The position numbers and the translations under genes are program-made. From Blastocystis sp. Blastoise (lineage: Eukaryota; Protista; Bigyra: Opalinata), in NCBI GenBank assembly GCA_039096225.1, contig JBBPEB010000006.1, forward strand, positions 1 to 64,000: a stretch of DNA of 64,000 bases. The letters run 5' to 3'. Within the stretch, counting starts at the first letter, position 1. Each line of letters opens with the position of its first letter. Below are positions 13,130-26,326 of the stretch, one piece after another. Below the pieces are notes generated by a model. It was not told the DNA's origin. It searched no databases and saw nothing but the letters and a program-made list of their open reading frames with translations.

Positions 13130-15588
13130 TTGCTCATATGAATTACTGGTTAGAAAGTGTACATTCAATTATGATATAAATCGTTATATTGAATCAAAAG
13201 AAGATATATCATCTAAAGTATTCATATTATCAATATTATCCATATTATTTTTATTATCGATATTATTTATATTATTCATGTATATTCATTTTATCCATAT
13301 ATATTCATATTCATATATATTCATATTCATATTCATATTCATATTATCCATATATATTCATATTCATATTATTCATGTATATTCATATTATCCATATGTA
13401 TTCATATTCATATTCATATTCATATTCATATTCATATTATCCATATATATTCATATTCATATTATTCATGTATATTCATATTATCATATATATCCCATAG
13501 ATGGAATCAAAAGATAGTGCTAAAATAAATAATTGTAACAATGAAAATAAATATATTAAATTATCAGATCAACAAATATCTCCTATAATTATTTCCCCAA
13601 TTATAAAGTTCAATAGTATAAATAATAATGAAGATAAAAATAGTATAGAACTTATTTCTCCTCTTCTTCTGCCTTCATTAAATTCAAATAACAATAATAA
13701 TAATTATAATCTAAATGATAATAATATATCAAATTATTGCTATTCTCCAATTCCAAGTATTCATAATTCTGTTGAAGATTTCGATCGTTTTAATATTTCT
13801 ATAATTTCTGATAGTGATAATTCTATCAATAATAATTCTTCTAATTCAATAATAAATAATATATTTAACCCATTAATCAATAATAATAATTCTTCTAGCC
13901 AATTTATCAATCATAATAGTTCTTCTAATTCATTAATCAATAATAATAATTCTTCTAATCCATCAATCAATAATAATAATTCTTCTAATCTATTAATCAA
14001 TAATAATAATCAAAATAACAATAATTCTTCTAATCTATTAATCAATCATAATAATTTATCTAATTCATTAATCAATAATAATAATCAAAATAACAATAAT
14101 TCTTCTAATCTATTAATCAATCATAATAATTTATCTAATTCATTAATCAATAATAATAATCAAAATAATAATAATTCTTCTAATCTATTAATCAATAATA
14201 ATAATCAAAATAACAATAATTCTTCTAATCTATTAATCAATCATAATAATTTATCTAATTCATTAATCAATAATAATAATCAAAATAATAATAATTCTTC
14301 TAGTCAATTTATCAATCATAATAGTTCTTCTAATTCATTAATCAATAATAATAATTCTTCTAATCCATCAATCAATCATAATAATTTATCTAATCTATTA
14401 ATCAATAATAATAGTTCTTCTAATTCATTAGTCAATAATAATAATTCTTCTAATTCATTAATCAATAATAATAATCAAAAAAATAATAATTTTTCTAATC
14501 CATTAATCAATAATAATAATTCTTCTAATCAATTAATCAATCATAAAAAATCTTTTAATTCAATCAATAATAGTAATTCTTCTAATTCAATCAATAATAA
14601 TAATCCTTCTAACCAATACATCGATAATAATAGTTTTTCTAGTTCAATAGTAAATAATAGTTCTTATAATCCATCAATCAATAATAATAATTTATTAAAT
14701 CCATTAACAAATAATAATAATTCTTCATCTCCTAATATTTTTCTAAATAATATCAATAGTAATTTGATTAATCCAATAATTAGTAATAATAATGATATTT
14801 CTTTTCAAAAAAAACAAAATATAAATAATTCTTCATTCAGACCATATAATGTAATTGATAATAATTCCAAAGTATTGAATATTAATAATGATTCATATAA
14901 AGTAACTCAGTATAATAACCAATCTTCTTCTAATCTAATTTCGACTAATAATTCTAATAAACAACCATCTATACAATATAATATTGATCTTATTAATGCT
15001 GATAATATAATACCTAATGATTTCAATAATTATAGTTCATTATCTAAAAATAATGATATAAGTTACGAAATTAATAATCAATCATCTAGTCTATCTATAT
15101 TAAATTATTCAAATGATAATTATAATCTTTGTATCTATATAATATAATATAATATAATATAATATAATATATATATATAATGTATATAATATAATAAAAT
15201 ATTTATATATATATATATATACAGCTAGTTGTTATAATAATAGTCAAAATAGTCAATATGAAAATGATCCTATACAAATAAATAATAAACAAACATATAA
15301 TCTAATTAGTATTATATATATTTATATATATTATATATATTATATATATATATATATATAGATAATGAGATAATAGTTAATGAAAAACAATATGTATATA
15401 ATATAATATAATATAATATAATATAATATATATAGTATACATTCTTACATGAAGGATCTTTTCCAAGTGAATTATTTGATTTATATTTATATTTAAATGT
15501 TTATAACCAAATTGTAACAGCCAATAATATAAATTTATTCATTCATAATTACTATAATTATAATGATTTTATTAATGATTCTTATGTA

Positions 15589-15635
<47 letters not shown>

Positions 15636-15961
15636 ATTATTATTCATATATATATAGTTATATAATATATCTTATGAAATTCAATTTCATTTTAATTCCA
15701 ATTCACCAATATTTTTTATATTTACAATCTATTTAAAGTATTAATCTATATATATATATTAATATTATTATTATTATTATAGAAATAAAGATAGATATTA
15801 TTTAATAATCAATAAACTGACAAATGGTGATAAAAAGAAAACACTTACAATTAATATATACAATTTCTTTGATATTGAAGATGGAAATGATAAATATCTC
15901 AATCAAATAATTAATCAAATCAAAAAGTATATTTAATTATTTTAATAGAATTATCTATCTA

Positions 15962-15997
<36 letters not shown>

Positions 15998-16345
15998 TTA
16001 TTTAAAACTAATACATCAAAAATTATTGTTCAATATAAAAAAGTATATATATATATATACTTATATATATATATATAATAAAAAAATATTATATATAAAG
16101 TGTGATAAATCTTATGATAATAACAATGCAATTCTTATATTTGGAATGATTAAACAATTTATCAAAGAATATAATATGTTTCAAAAAAATATAAAACATA
16201 TTAGAAACTTGTATATATATATATATATATACAATAATAACTTTTATATATATATAGAAATTTTGATTATGATAATATAGATTTAGATTCTGAACAATTA
16301 AACGTTAATAAATTCTTCTTATATCACCTAAATAAAGAAAAATAA
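9115..16345 (+). CDS. Multi-exon tyrosine recombinase (Crypton-like) with Ser/Pro/Asn and Asn-rich low-complexity arms and a degenerate C-terminal Ulp1-like region, ~1,890 aa
   Basis: About 24 exons join in frame by GT-AG introns, linking ORFs 9578, 10955, 11571, 11771, 13501 and 16026 plus an exon at 12714-13077 that is missing from the ORF track. Motifs: TGCPLRNNDI (R 12305), HTGSKN (K 12407), GYSYRHCFATW (R 12778), CHHTNDVHDKYY (H 12859, Y 12886). The tiny 5' exons and the start codon are less certain. Confidence 0.82.
9700..10320 (+). repeat. Coding tandem repeat (SPSPPISIFNNNHNNNSSINxFH) in the recombinase gene
   Basis: About 8-9 copies of a ~66-90-bp unit in ORF 9578-10633. Confidence 0.9.
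13218..13500 (+). repeat. 283-nt intron largely made of (TATTCA)n repeats
   Basis: GTATTC...CCCATAG boundaries keep phase 0 between ...EDISSK and MESKDS...; the interior is a TATTCA/TATCCA array. Confidence 0.75.
13870..14730 (+). repeat. Coding Asn/Ser tandem repeat (~30-bp unit, SSNxLINNNN)
   Basis: Repeated TTCTTCTAATxxATTAATCAATAATAATAAT units in ORF 13501-15147. Confidence 0.9.
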
Positions 16346-16479
16346 ATTATTTTATGTATATATGATATTTTTAATAAATATATTTATAATTACTATTTCT
16401 TATGTATTCTTTTTTGTTGACTTTAAATAAATATACATATATACAATATAATTATAAAATAATTTACAAGAAATATAAA

Positions 16480-18020
16480 TGAAAATTATATATACATATC
16501 AAAAAGAAAAAATAATAATAATATATACCTTTTATTATCAGTAGTTACTAATTGTACTCCTTTCTCACAAAACTCTCAAATAGCATTACATGATATAGTA
16601 CAAATCACCATATTATCTTTTAGATATCATGAAGTATATGTATATAGAAGATTATATTAAAAGAATGAAATAATCTTCCTATATATATATATATATAACA
16701 TATAAATGAAAACTATATATATACATACTTTTATTATCAGTACGATTATAAACATCCCATATTCGACCAAGAATCCATATCATATATTCTCTTACAATTA
16801 TAACTATTCAATTCAACCACTTTATAATCAATCTATATAATATATAAGAGTATATAATAAAAAAATATTTACTTCTTGATAATAATAAGTTTCTGAGAAT
16901 ATTGCTAATATTTCAATTATTATTATTCTTCCATAAAATTCTACAATTCATTTTTTAGAAAGATATAAATAATAAGCTAATAATAAAATATATATTCTTT
17001 AGCTGAAGATAATTAAAGAATTTAAGAATATATAGTAGTTAAAATGAATTAAATAAATCTTATCTTAATTTACAATTTATTTAATATAATAAAAGTAGAA
17101 GAGTATTTATAAGATTGAAAAAAAGAAATAACAAGAATAAAAAAAAGTTTAGAGATAGTAATAGGAGTAGGAGAACATATAAAATAAATAACTAAATCAG
17201 TTACATGAATTCATAATAATAATAACTCTCTCTATATATAGATGGAATAGTTAGTATAGTTATAATAAATAAAAAAATAAATAGAATATATATATTAATA
17301 TATTATGACTAATCTAAAAATATATATACATAAATTTAAGTCTCTCTGTATATAAAATAGAATAATATCAAGAAGGATTGCAATATAAACTATATCTTTA
17401 CAAGTCAATATAGGATCTACTAACTCTTCTATATATATAATAATGAATAAAAAATAAATATATAATATTATATACCTCTTTGTTAATCATTACATTTTTT
17501 TTTCCTTTAATATTTTCTTTTAGTTTTTCTATTTCATCATTAACATCATTATCAATGTATTTCATTTCTTTTCTCATTTTATTTCAGTTTCTTATTTACT
17601 TTTATTCTTTGTTAATTTCTTAAAATTATATATTTCATCTTCTAATACGTAATAAATTATAAATATAGTAATAATATCATTAGCAATACTTACAGTAATT
17701 ATTTACCAGAATCAATACATAATGATAAATATTCAACTAAAGTAGGTAATAGTAATAGTTAAATATTATATAAATATTATAAAGAAGAAAAAATAATTTT
17801 AATAATAATAGTATTTTCTTTAATCTTAAAAGTAGTATTCAGTAATACTTCATATAAAGGAGTTCATAAATCAAATAATAAAGATTTCCATTTATTTTTA
17901 TTATTATTATAATCACCAATACATTCAACTATTTTCTTTATACATCAACCATAAATACAATCTTGACTAAATTTTGTTTTAATTCGATTTGAATCTACTT
18001 TAGAAGTAATAGTAGTCATG
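16480..18020 (-). pseudogene. Degraded multi-exon gene remnants, product unknown
   Basis: Minus-strand ATG near 18019 (MTTITSKVDSNRIKTKFSQD...) followed by in-frame TGA/TAA codons; CTATAT...TAC intron signatures downstream. Confidence 0.45.
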
Positions 18021-18801
18021 TTTATAGATTATTCAATTTCAATTTTTATATTTATTTTATTATATTTTTATTTTTATTTTTATTTTCAATATTCTCATCA
18101 TTTTCATTTATATATATTTTTCTTCTTTTAATAATTTTATAATTTTTATTATTATTATAATTATTTCATATATTCATTCAATAACACCTAATATATAAAG
18201 AATAAATAAACTACTAAGATCTCTCCTATATCCAATAACTCATAATAACTTTTTAAATATGTTAAATTACGAGTATCTAAACCTTTCTTACAAATACATG
18301 AGTTAATAATATAGTTATATCTTCTTCTGATTGAATAGGAGGTATACATAAATCTTTTATAAATAAACATAATAATATCTTAAATAATAATTATTTTAAT
18401 TCTTCATAATCTAATAAAGATAATAATTTAAAATAGAATGACAATTTATATTATAAATTGTTTTTGAATTTAGCTTCTTATTGAATAATCTACATAATAA
18501 AATACATTCTATAATAGGTATAATAAGATTTCCATATTCCACTTTTATAACTCCTTGATCTTTCTCTATATATAATCATAATACAGTATCACAATAATTC
18601 AATTCATCACATAATCCTAATAAACTTTCTTTATATAGAACAATAACTAAATTATTATAATAACATAACAATTCACGACATATATTCTTCAAAGAATCAT
18701 CTAAAAAAATACTTTAAATATCAAGCCAATTACTGAAATTTTTAAGAAGAATTTCAGATATGTATCTGTTTCATGTAGACGTAGTGCATAGGTATATAGT
18801 T

Positions 18802-18996
<195 letters not shown>

Positions 18997-19029
18997 TGTT
19001 CCTTTTTTAAATAAAAATAATAGTAATAT

Positions 19030-19703
19030 TCATTTTTTAAGATTTTCTTCGAATTCAGTATGAATTGGTTTCATCACCTTATATTCTTCAATATCATAAA
19101 CTATTTTATAACCATAAGATTTCTTATTTAGGAAATCAATAAAAATAATCTCATATATTATTTATTAAATAGAAGAATATAAGTAACTACATTAATAGGA
19201 GAATAGAATAATAATATTCAAGATGTATTAATTTTTTTATGACTATATAAAATATATAAAAATAACATAAAACTATAATAAGAATAAATATATTAATTAT
19301 AACTATAATAAGTATATATATATACCTATAGAATAGTTCTTCCTTCATTTATAATCGATATTTCAATATATATATAAGTTTAAAATATTTAATAATAAAT
19401 TTATAGCTATCTTATATTTTTTTAAACTATATATAATATCCTATTTCTTTTCTTTTTAGATAATATAATATATTGTATATAAATCGATATATTTACATCT
19501 ATATATTAATTAATAAGATATCTTTTAACACAAAAATAATTCCAATATTATTTATTTTCAAAACTAGCAATTCAAATGTAATATTCAATTTATTTATTCC
19601 TAAAAATAATTCCATTTTAAATAATAAAGACCAAATATAGGATATATAAATATAAATAAGGATAACATTCAAATAACTATCTAGTTAATAACATCTCAAT
19701 TGT

Positions 19704-19734
<31 letters not shown>

Positions 19735-19754
19735 TATTTCTTATCAGTTCTTTT

Positions 19755-19808
<54 letters not shown>

Positions 19809-19810
19809 TG
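19030..19810 (-). pseudogene. Degraded multi-exon gene fragment, duplicated at 38770-39495
   Basis: Colinear direct match, e.g. AGAAGAATATAAGTAACTACATTAATAGGAGAATA and AATTCCATTTTAAATAATAAAGACCAAATATAGGATATA in both copies; minus-strand intron signatures. Confidence 0.65.
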
Positions 19811-20230
19811 ATTAGTGAGGAGAGTGAGTAATTTACATATAATAGTAATAGTTTGAATGTATTCATATATATATATATATATATATATAATTATTATGAA
19901 CAGATTCGTTTAATATATCAATATCTTTATTTGTTAACTATATATATATAATAAAAAAATAATTATAATAAGAACAAATATAATAATAAAAAAATAAATA
20001 GATAAAAGAATATATGTGTTGAAGGAGATAAAAAAGATATTTACAATGTTTATATATTTAAACACCATCATAACAACACATCTATTATATATAATAAGTA
20101 ATATATATTTATATATACTCTATTCCTCATATATATAATGAGTAAGTAACTTATTAGCAATTTATTTCTGTATTATTACCAACACAATAAATAATACAGT
20201 TGAATTAATTATTTCCTATATATATAATAA

Positions 20231-20276
<46 letters not shown>

Positions 20277-20358
20277 TATTCATTACATTAAAATTAAAAA
20301 ATATAAATGTCTTAAAAAAAAACCAAAATCTAATTTTAAAACTCGTTTGAATCTTTAA

Positions 20359-20407
<49 letters not shown>

Positions 20408-21699
20408 ATTATTATAAAATATAAAAAGAATAATAATTAAATAACTCTAATATAAATGAATTAATTTAAATAATAATTTTAATTAAAAATTAAAATAAAT
20501 AAGAAATTAAAAAAATATATATATATATATTACAATTAATTCATCAAAATACAATACGGAATTCAATTAATAATCACGATAACTACGTGATATACTCTCT
20601 AATCATTTTAATACTATAAAATATATGTATATAAAATAAATAAAACTAATTCAAAATAGAAATACATACTAAAAGTATTTCTTTAATCCAATATGTTATT
20701 TGAAACATTATATTGACCTATTCTATAACACAATAACAGACCAAATCTTAAATAATCATGCAACCTAAACAAAGAATGCAATTAACTAAAATAATATATA
20801 AAATATATACTAAATATTGAAGCGGAACATTGTTTATTTATTGAATTTAATATATTCAATCTGAATAAAGCATCACAGCAACACATAACTTAAAAAAAAA
20901 ATAAATCAAAGACCAAGTGTCAATTTTTTCTATATTTCAAGAATTAAAATAAAATTATACGGATTCATTTAACTTTTACCGTAAACGAATAAAACAACGA
21001 TCTGTGTTTTACATTTTTAATATTCTTTTATAAATATCATTATAATATAAATTATTTTTTTATTTTTTTATCTCTATATACTATTTTAAACACAATTTAT
21101 AATCATTTAATCAATAAAAAGTTAACATTGTCAATCCATTCACTGTATAAAAATAAATAAATCAAAATCAACTCTATTCTATCAAGTATAAGCTCTATCA
21201 ACTCAATATCAACTCTATTAACTCATATGAAATACAATTATAAACATCACCTTTTTATCTCTTCATAACTATAATAAAACTTTATTTGAACTCATTTTCA
21301 TCTAGAATTGCTTTGTAAGTTCATAATCCATGATAAATACACTTTATTAAAGCTTTTTGTCACGGATCACTATTTTTTAGCTATAAAATAATTAATTAAA
21401 ATAAATTTACTAATAATGTTTACATCTTGAGTTATTATAAACATTCAAAAACACATACATACTTTTAAAAACACATTATCTAAAGAAAAACTATTTTTAA
21501 AAAACAAGTTTTAAAAAAAACATAAAATTTATTCAAATTATAACGAGATCCATTCAAAAAATCGTGATTCTCGTTTATTTACCTTATTCTTGTGTCTTCA
21601 CTAAAAACAATTTCAAATTTCATTATTTATCTATCTTATATATTTATCAAAACTCTATCTTTTTAATTAATTATGTATGTTATCTATTTATTATCTCTA

Positions 21700-22600
21700 T
21701 ATCTCCTAGGTGTCTCATTCTTAGGTCTTGTAGTCTCTCCATTCTTCAAAATCTCCATTCCTTTTGCTGTTCTTCAAAAAGTGCTTAAAATGGTATATAT
21801 TCTATATTATTTATCTATTTAATATTATATATTTATTTAGGAAGTCTTGGTGTTACCTGATTGGTGATCTCTGTGTTGGTTTCCTTTCTTGTTGGTTTTA
21901 ATGTGTTCAAACAATCTACAAGGTATTTATATATTCATTCTATTCATTTTATTATTTTTTATATAGTCTAAAGGGTTAATTCACCTATCATGGGTTGTGT
22001 TTTTTCGTTTTTTTTTATATTGCTGGTCTCCAAACATGTATGGTGTTCTTTTGTGGCTTTCTGTGTCATCTCAATGATCTCTTCTTTATCAAAAATATCC
22101 TTTTTCCTGTATATTTTTATTTATTTATTTTTTCTTTTTTTTTATTATTTTTTATTCTTTATTTACTTTTATATTATTATAAATATATTTATTATCATCT
22201 TATTTATTTATATACAGTATTTATATATAGTTTTTGTTATCAAAGAGATGATCATCGTCTCCATTGTGCTTGATATTTTTCTTCTTTTGCTTCTATTTGG
22301 ATTCTTTGTCTTGTTTATGGTCTTGTAATGCTATTTGAGATGAATTGGGTTACAATTTTAGGTATCTTATGTAAATATATATATTATATTTTTATTTTTT
22401 TTTTATTATATTTGTCTTTATCTATTATATATATCTTATTATAGCTCTATTATATATTTATTTTTTATATTTACATATTTATGTGGTTTATTATACTATT
22501 TTATATTATTTTTATTAACTATTTTATATAATATATATTTTATTTATTATGTATTTTGTTCTCTTGGTGTATTAATAGCTTTGTTGCTTTCGTATATATA
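21700..22600 (+). pseudogene. Remnant of a multi-exon hydrophobic (membrane) protein gene
   Basis: AG/GT-bounded exon-like blocks at ~21710-21792, 21841-21922 and 21967-22108 encode hydrophobic text with a stop and a frameshift. Confidence 0.45.
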
Positions 22601-22768
22601 TATATATATATATTTATACATAATCTTTTTTTATTCTAATATTTCCCTTTTTTTTTTCTTTCACATTGGTATTCCTTTCTTGTAACTTTTATTGTGTTTT
22701 TCTATAATTTTATATATATATATATTATTTTCTATTCATATATACTTATAATTACTTTTGTTTATCGT

Positions 22769-22830
22769 ATTTAAGCTCCATAATGGATGGATATATATAT
22801 ATATATACAGGTTCAAATCCTGGCTTAAAT
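22769..22830 (+). other. tRNA-like element copy 1 (B box plus acceptor-like stem)
   Basis: CAGG-TTCAAAT-CCTG T-arm, ATTTAAG/CTTAAAT 7-bp closing stem, CCA-TAATGGA-TGG D-like arm; anticodon region is (AT)n. Confidence 0.4.
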
Positions 22831-22941
22831 ATTTTATTTTATTATATTCTTTTTATAATTATTTTTTATATTATAATTTATATATATATATATATATATA
22901 GAAGATGAATTCAATATATTAAAATATATTATTATTTTAAT

Positions 22942-23011
22942 ATTTAATTTCTATAAATGGATAGAATATATAAATATTATATATATATCAGGTTCGATTC
23001 CTGACTTAAAT
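22942..23011 (+). other. tRNA-like element copy 2
   Basis: TCAGG-TTCGATT-CCTGA perfect T-arm, CTAT-AAATGG-ATAG D-like arm, ATATA-TAAATAT-TATAT arm, ATTTAAT/CTTAAAT stem; lacks the invariant U33. Confidence 0.45.
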
Positions 23012-24309
23012 TATTCTATTCTTTTAATTTATAATTATTATTCTATATATATAGAATTCAAATGTTTATCTAATCAATTATGTAATATATATAGTTATCT
23101 TCAATTATTTAATCATCAAGAAATCTCTTTGTATTTACAAAAATTAAAAGATTTTCAAATAGTAATATAGTCTTCTAATTAATATTTCTTTCTTTTCTAC
23201 CTTTATTTTCAATTCTCATGACAAATATCATCTTAATATGTTTATATCAACACTTCAGCACCAGTAATTAAAACATTTTTATATAAAATATGTTAATTTA
23301 TTATCTTTTTTCAATTATAAATATTCATTATAACATATTAAACTTATATAAGCATTCTAAACAACTATGTTTACACACAATTCATCCATTCTTAAAAAAT
23401 ATTTTATTCTATTTTTCAACTTTTAGTCATACTAGTGTATACTATAGACTATTATTCAATGAATAGTATCAATTTTAATTCAAAAGAATAATATATGTTA
23501 TTTAAAAATAATAAAATGAGAATAAAAAGAAAAATTATACTAAGAACTTTATCTATCTTTTCAAACTTCTTCTTTTTATTTATTTATTATTTAGATACTC
23601 TTAATATTCATTATTTATTCATTTTTATACTCATTATCATCTCTAGTCATCATATATATTTTTTATTTTATACTTTACTAAAACATTATCTTCTCATTCT
23701 TATTAATTATTTTCTTAAAGTTATTATTATGTTTAATTCTTATTAATAATCACTTTATAAATTCATTTAACATGTTTTTATAAAATATTTAAAACAAATC
23801 ATGTCAAAGTCTCTCCTTCAACTATCTTCAAACTGTTCATGATTCACTTATTTAATTACTTTATGACTTAATTATCAATATTTTATTATAATCATTTTTC
23901 AAGTATTCTTTTATACACACAATTCTTAACATTATTAAACTATTTTGTTTTTAAAACAAGTTATTATCATACACATATGTTTATTAGTCTATAATAACTT
24001 CATAAAAGTTATTTTTGTTTATTTAAGTCAACATGAGTGAATTCATAGTTTTTTACAAAATGTCTTTAAACAAAACTTTTATTTATTTAAATAGTATCTA
24101 TATGTTAATTCACATTGATTGTATTCATATTATATTATAATAATTATATAAACATATTAAAAAATTAAATTTTAAAATAAAAAATAAAAATGATATTCAA
24201 TCAATTTTTCTTTTTTTATTATGTATTTTTTATTTATATTATATATTATATATATATCCAACACACGCACAACCTATATAATAATAATATAGAATAAAAT
24301 AAATAATAT

Positions 24310-24995
24310 ATACCTATTTGATGGGTGAAACACCCTCTAGTTGAAAGAATAGTTTAGAAATTTTTGAATTTTTGTTATAATTTTTTTTACCTATTTTAAT
24401 AATTTCTATACCTAATACTTACAAAAAAGACTTAATACTTCATTAAACACACTCAACTCATCCTATATATACTTTCTATATAAAAATAACTATATAATAT
24501 AAAATATTTATACATAATCACCACAATTGTCTAATATAATATATACCTTAAAAAGTATTCCAATGATACTAAGACAACATAAATGATCCAAAATCATCGT
24601 AGAACATAGTTTATCATCATAAGTACCAAAACCAACACTACAAAGACAATGGGAAAAAGTGATGTTATGAATTTTCATTCATAAACATCACTTTCAACTA
24701 TATAATAAGACAATCAATAATATAGTATGATATAATATAAAAATAAAATATATACCATAATTAAAATCTTCCCATTCTTACCTTAAACCTTTTCAAACGT
24801 AGTAATTCAAACAGATCCATGAATAGCACCATATTTCAACAGACCACAGGTATCCTAACACTATAAATAGCTACACATTCAAACCCAAGCCAAGAATGGC
24901 GTCTATTTATTATTTAATATAAATAATATTTCATTATAAAAATAAAAATAAATATATTGAATTCATTAAATAAATAAAAATAAAAGAATTACCAT
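24310..24995 (-). pseudogene. Multi-exon pseudogene, product unknown
   Basis: ATG|GTAATT at 24995; next exon reads TPFLAWV*MCSYL*C*DTCGLLKYGAIHGSV*ITTFEKV*GKNGK with several stops; further exons at ~24547-24697. Confidence 0.55.
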
Positions 24996-25127
24996 TATAA
25001 TTTAAAAAATAAACAAAAAAAATAAAGCAAAATAAAAAAGCCTCTCAAAAAGGTCAACCACTTTTTTACCCTAATAACATTTTGGTTGACTTTTTTATTT
25101 TAATTCATTCTATTGGCTTATTTCATC

Positions 25128-25623
25128 CTACAATCGTAGAATCGTAGACTCTACGATTCTACGATTGTAGACAGCCAATCAAATTCATTTTCCTACAATC
25201 CTACAATCGTAGAATCGTAGACTCTACGATTGTAGACTACCAATCAAATTCATTATCTTATATTCTACAATCGTAGAATCGTAGAGTCTACGATTCTATG
25301 ATTGTAGAAATGAAAAACTCTATTTTTATTGGATAAATCTTTTTTTATCCAATTATTTTCTTCTTTTTTCAATTCTACAATACCCAATTATTTTATTTTA
25401 TTTTTTTAACCAATTAAATTAATTATTTTCACCCTAATAAAATTTTGAGAACCCTTCTTTTAAAACATTACCACTTTATTCTATCATTTTTTTACCCTAA
25501 TACTATTTTGGTTCACTTTTTTACCCTAATACTATTTTGGTTGATTTTTTTTTAAACTTATTCTATTGGTTTATTTAATCCTACAATCATACAATCGTAG
25601 ACTCTACGATTCTACGATTCTAG
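25128..25623. repeat. Cluster of four related palindromes (CTACAATCGTAGAATCGTAGA-C-TCTACGATTCTACGATTGTAG)
   Basis: Copy 1 (25128-25170) has perfect 21-bp arms and a 1-nt centre; variants at 25201-25235, 25265-25307 (centre G, opposite orientation) and 25581-25623; nearby ATTGG/CCAAT motifs. Confidence 0.95.
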
Positions 25624-25726
25624 ACTACCAATTAAATCAATAATATCTTTTTTTATCCAATTATATTTATAATATTAAAAAATATTATAACATTTTATAA
25701 CATACTCTCAGTATATATTTTTTTTT

Positions 25727-25876
25727 CCCTAACCCTAACCCTAACCCTAACCCTAACCCTAACCCTAACCCTAACCCTAAACCCTACCCTAACCCTAACC
25801 CTAACCCTAACCCTAACCCTAACCCTAACCCTACCCTAACCCTAACCCTAACCCTAACCCTAACCCTAACCTAACC

Positions 25877-25917
<41 letters not shown>

Positions 25918-26285
25918 CCCTAACCCTAACCCTAACCCTAACCCTAACCCTAACCCTAACCTAACCCTAACCCTAACCCTAACCCTAACCCTAACCCTAA
26001 AACCCTAACCCTAACCCTAACCCTAACCCTAACCCTAACCCTACCCTAACCCTAACCCTAACCCTAACCCTAACCCTAACCCTAACCCTAACCCTAACCC
26101 TAACCCTAACCCTAACCCTAACCCTAACCCTAACCCTAACCCTAACCCTAACCCTAACCCTAACCCTAAACCTAACCCTACCCTAACCCTAACCCTAACC
26201 CTAACCCTAACCCTAACCCTAACCCTAACCCTCTAACCCTAACCCTAACCCTAACCCTAACCCTACCCTAACCCTAACCCTAACC

Positions 26286-26326
<41 letters not shown>

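Noticed and set aside
13189-13517. ORFs 13189-13500 and 13278-13517
   Set aside because: They lie in the (TATTCA)n intron.
13501-15147. Stand-alone 548-aa Asn-rich gene
   Set aside because: Its ATG follows an AG acceptor in phase with the upstream exon; better read as an internal exon.
25128-25623. CRISPR array
   Set aside because: Eukaryotic context, irregular spacing, related spacer sequence, one inverted copy and no cas genes.
25718-25726. T9 as the poly(A) tail of a telomere-targeting retrotransposon
   Set aside because: Polarity does not make it a 3' A-tail of the distal segment, no RT ORF is visible, and T-runs are common here.
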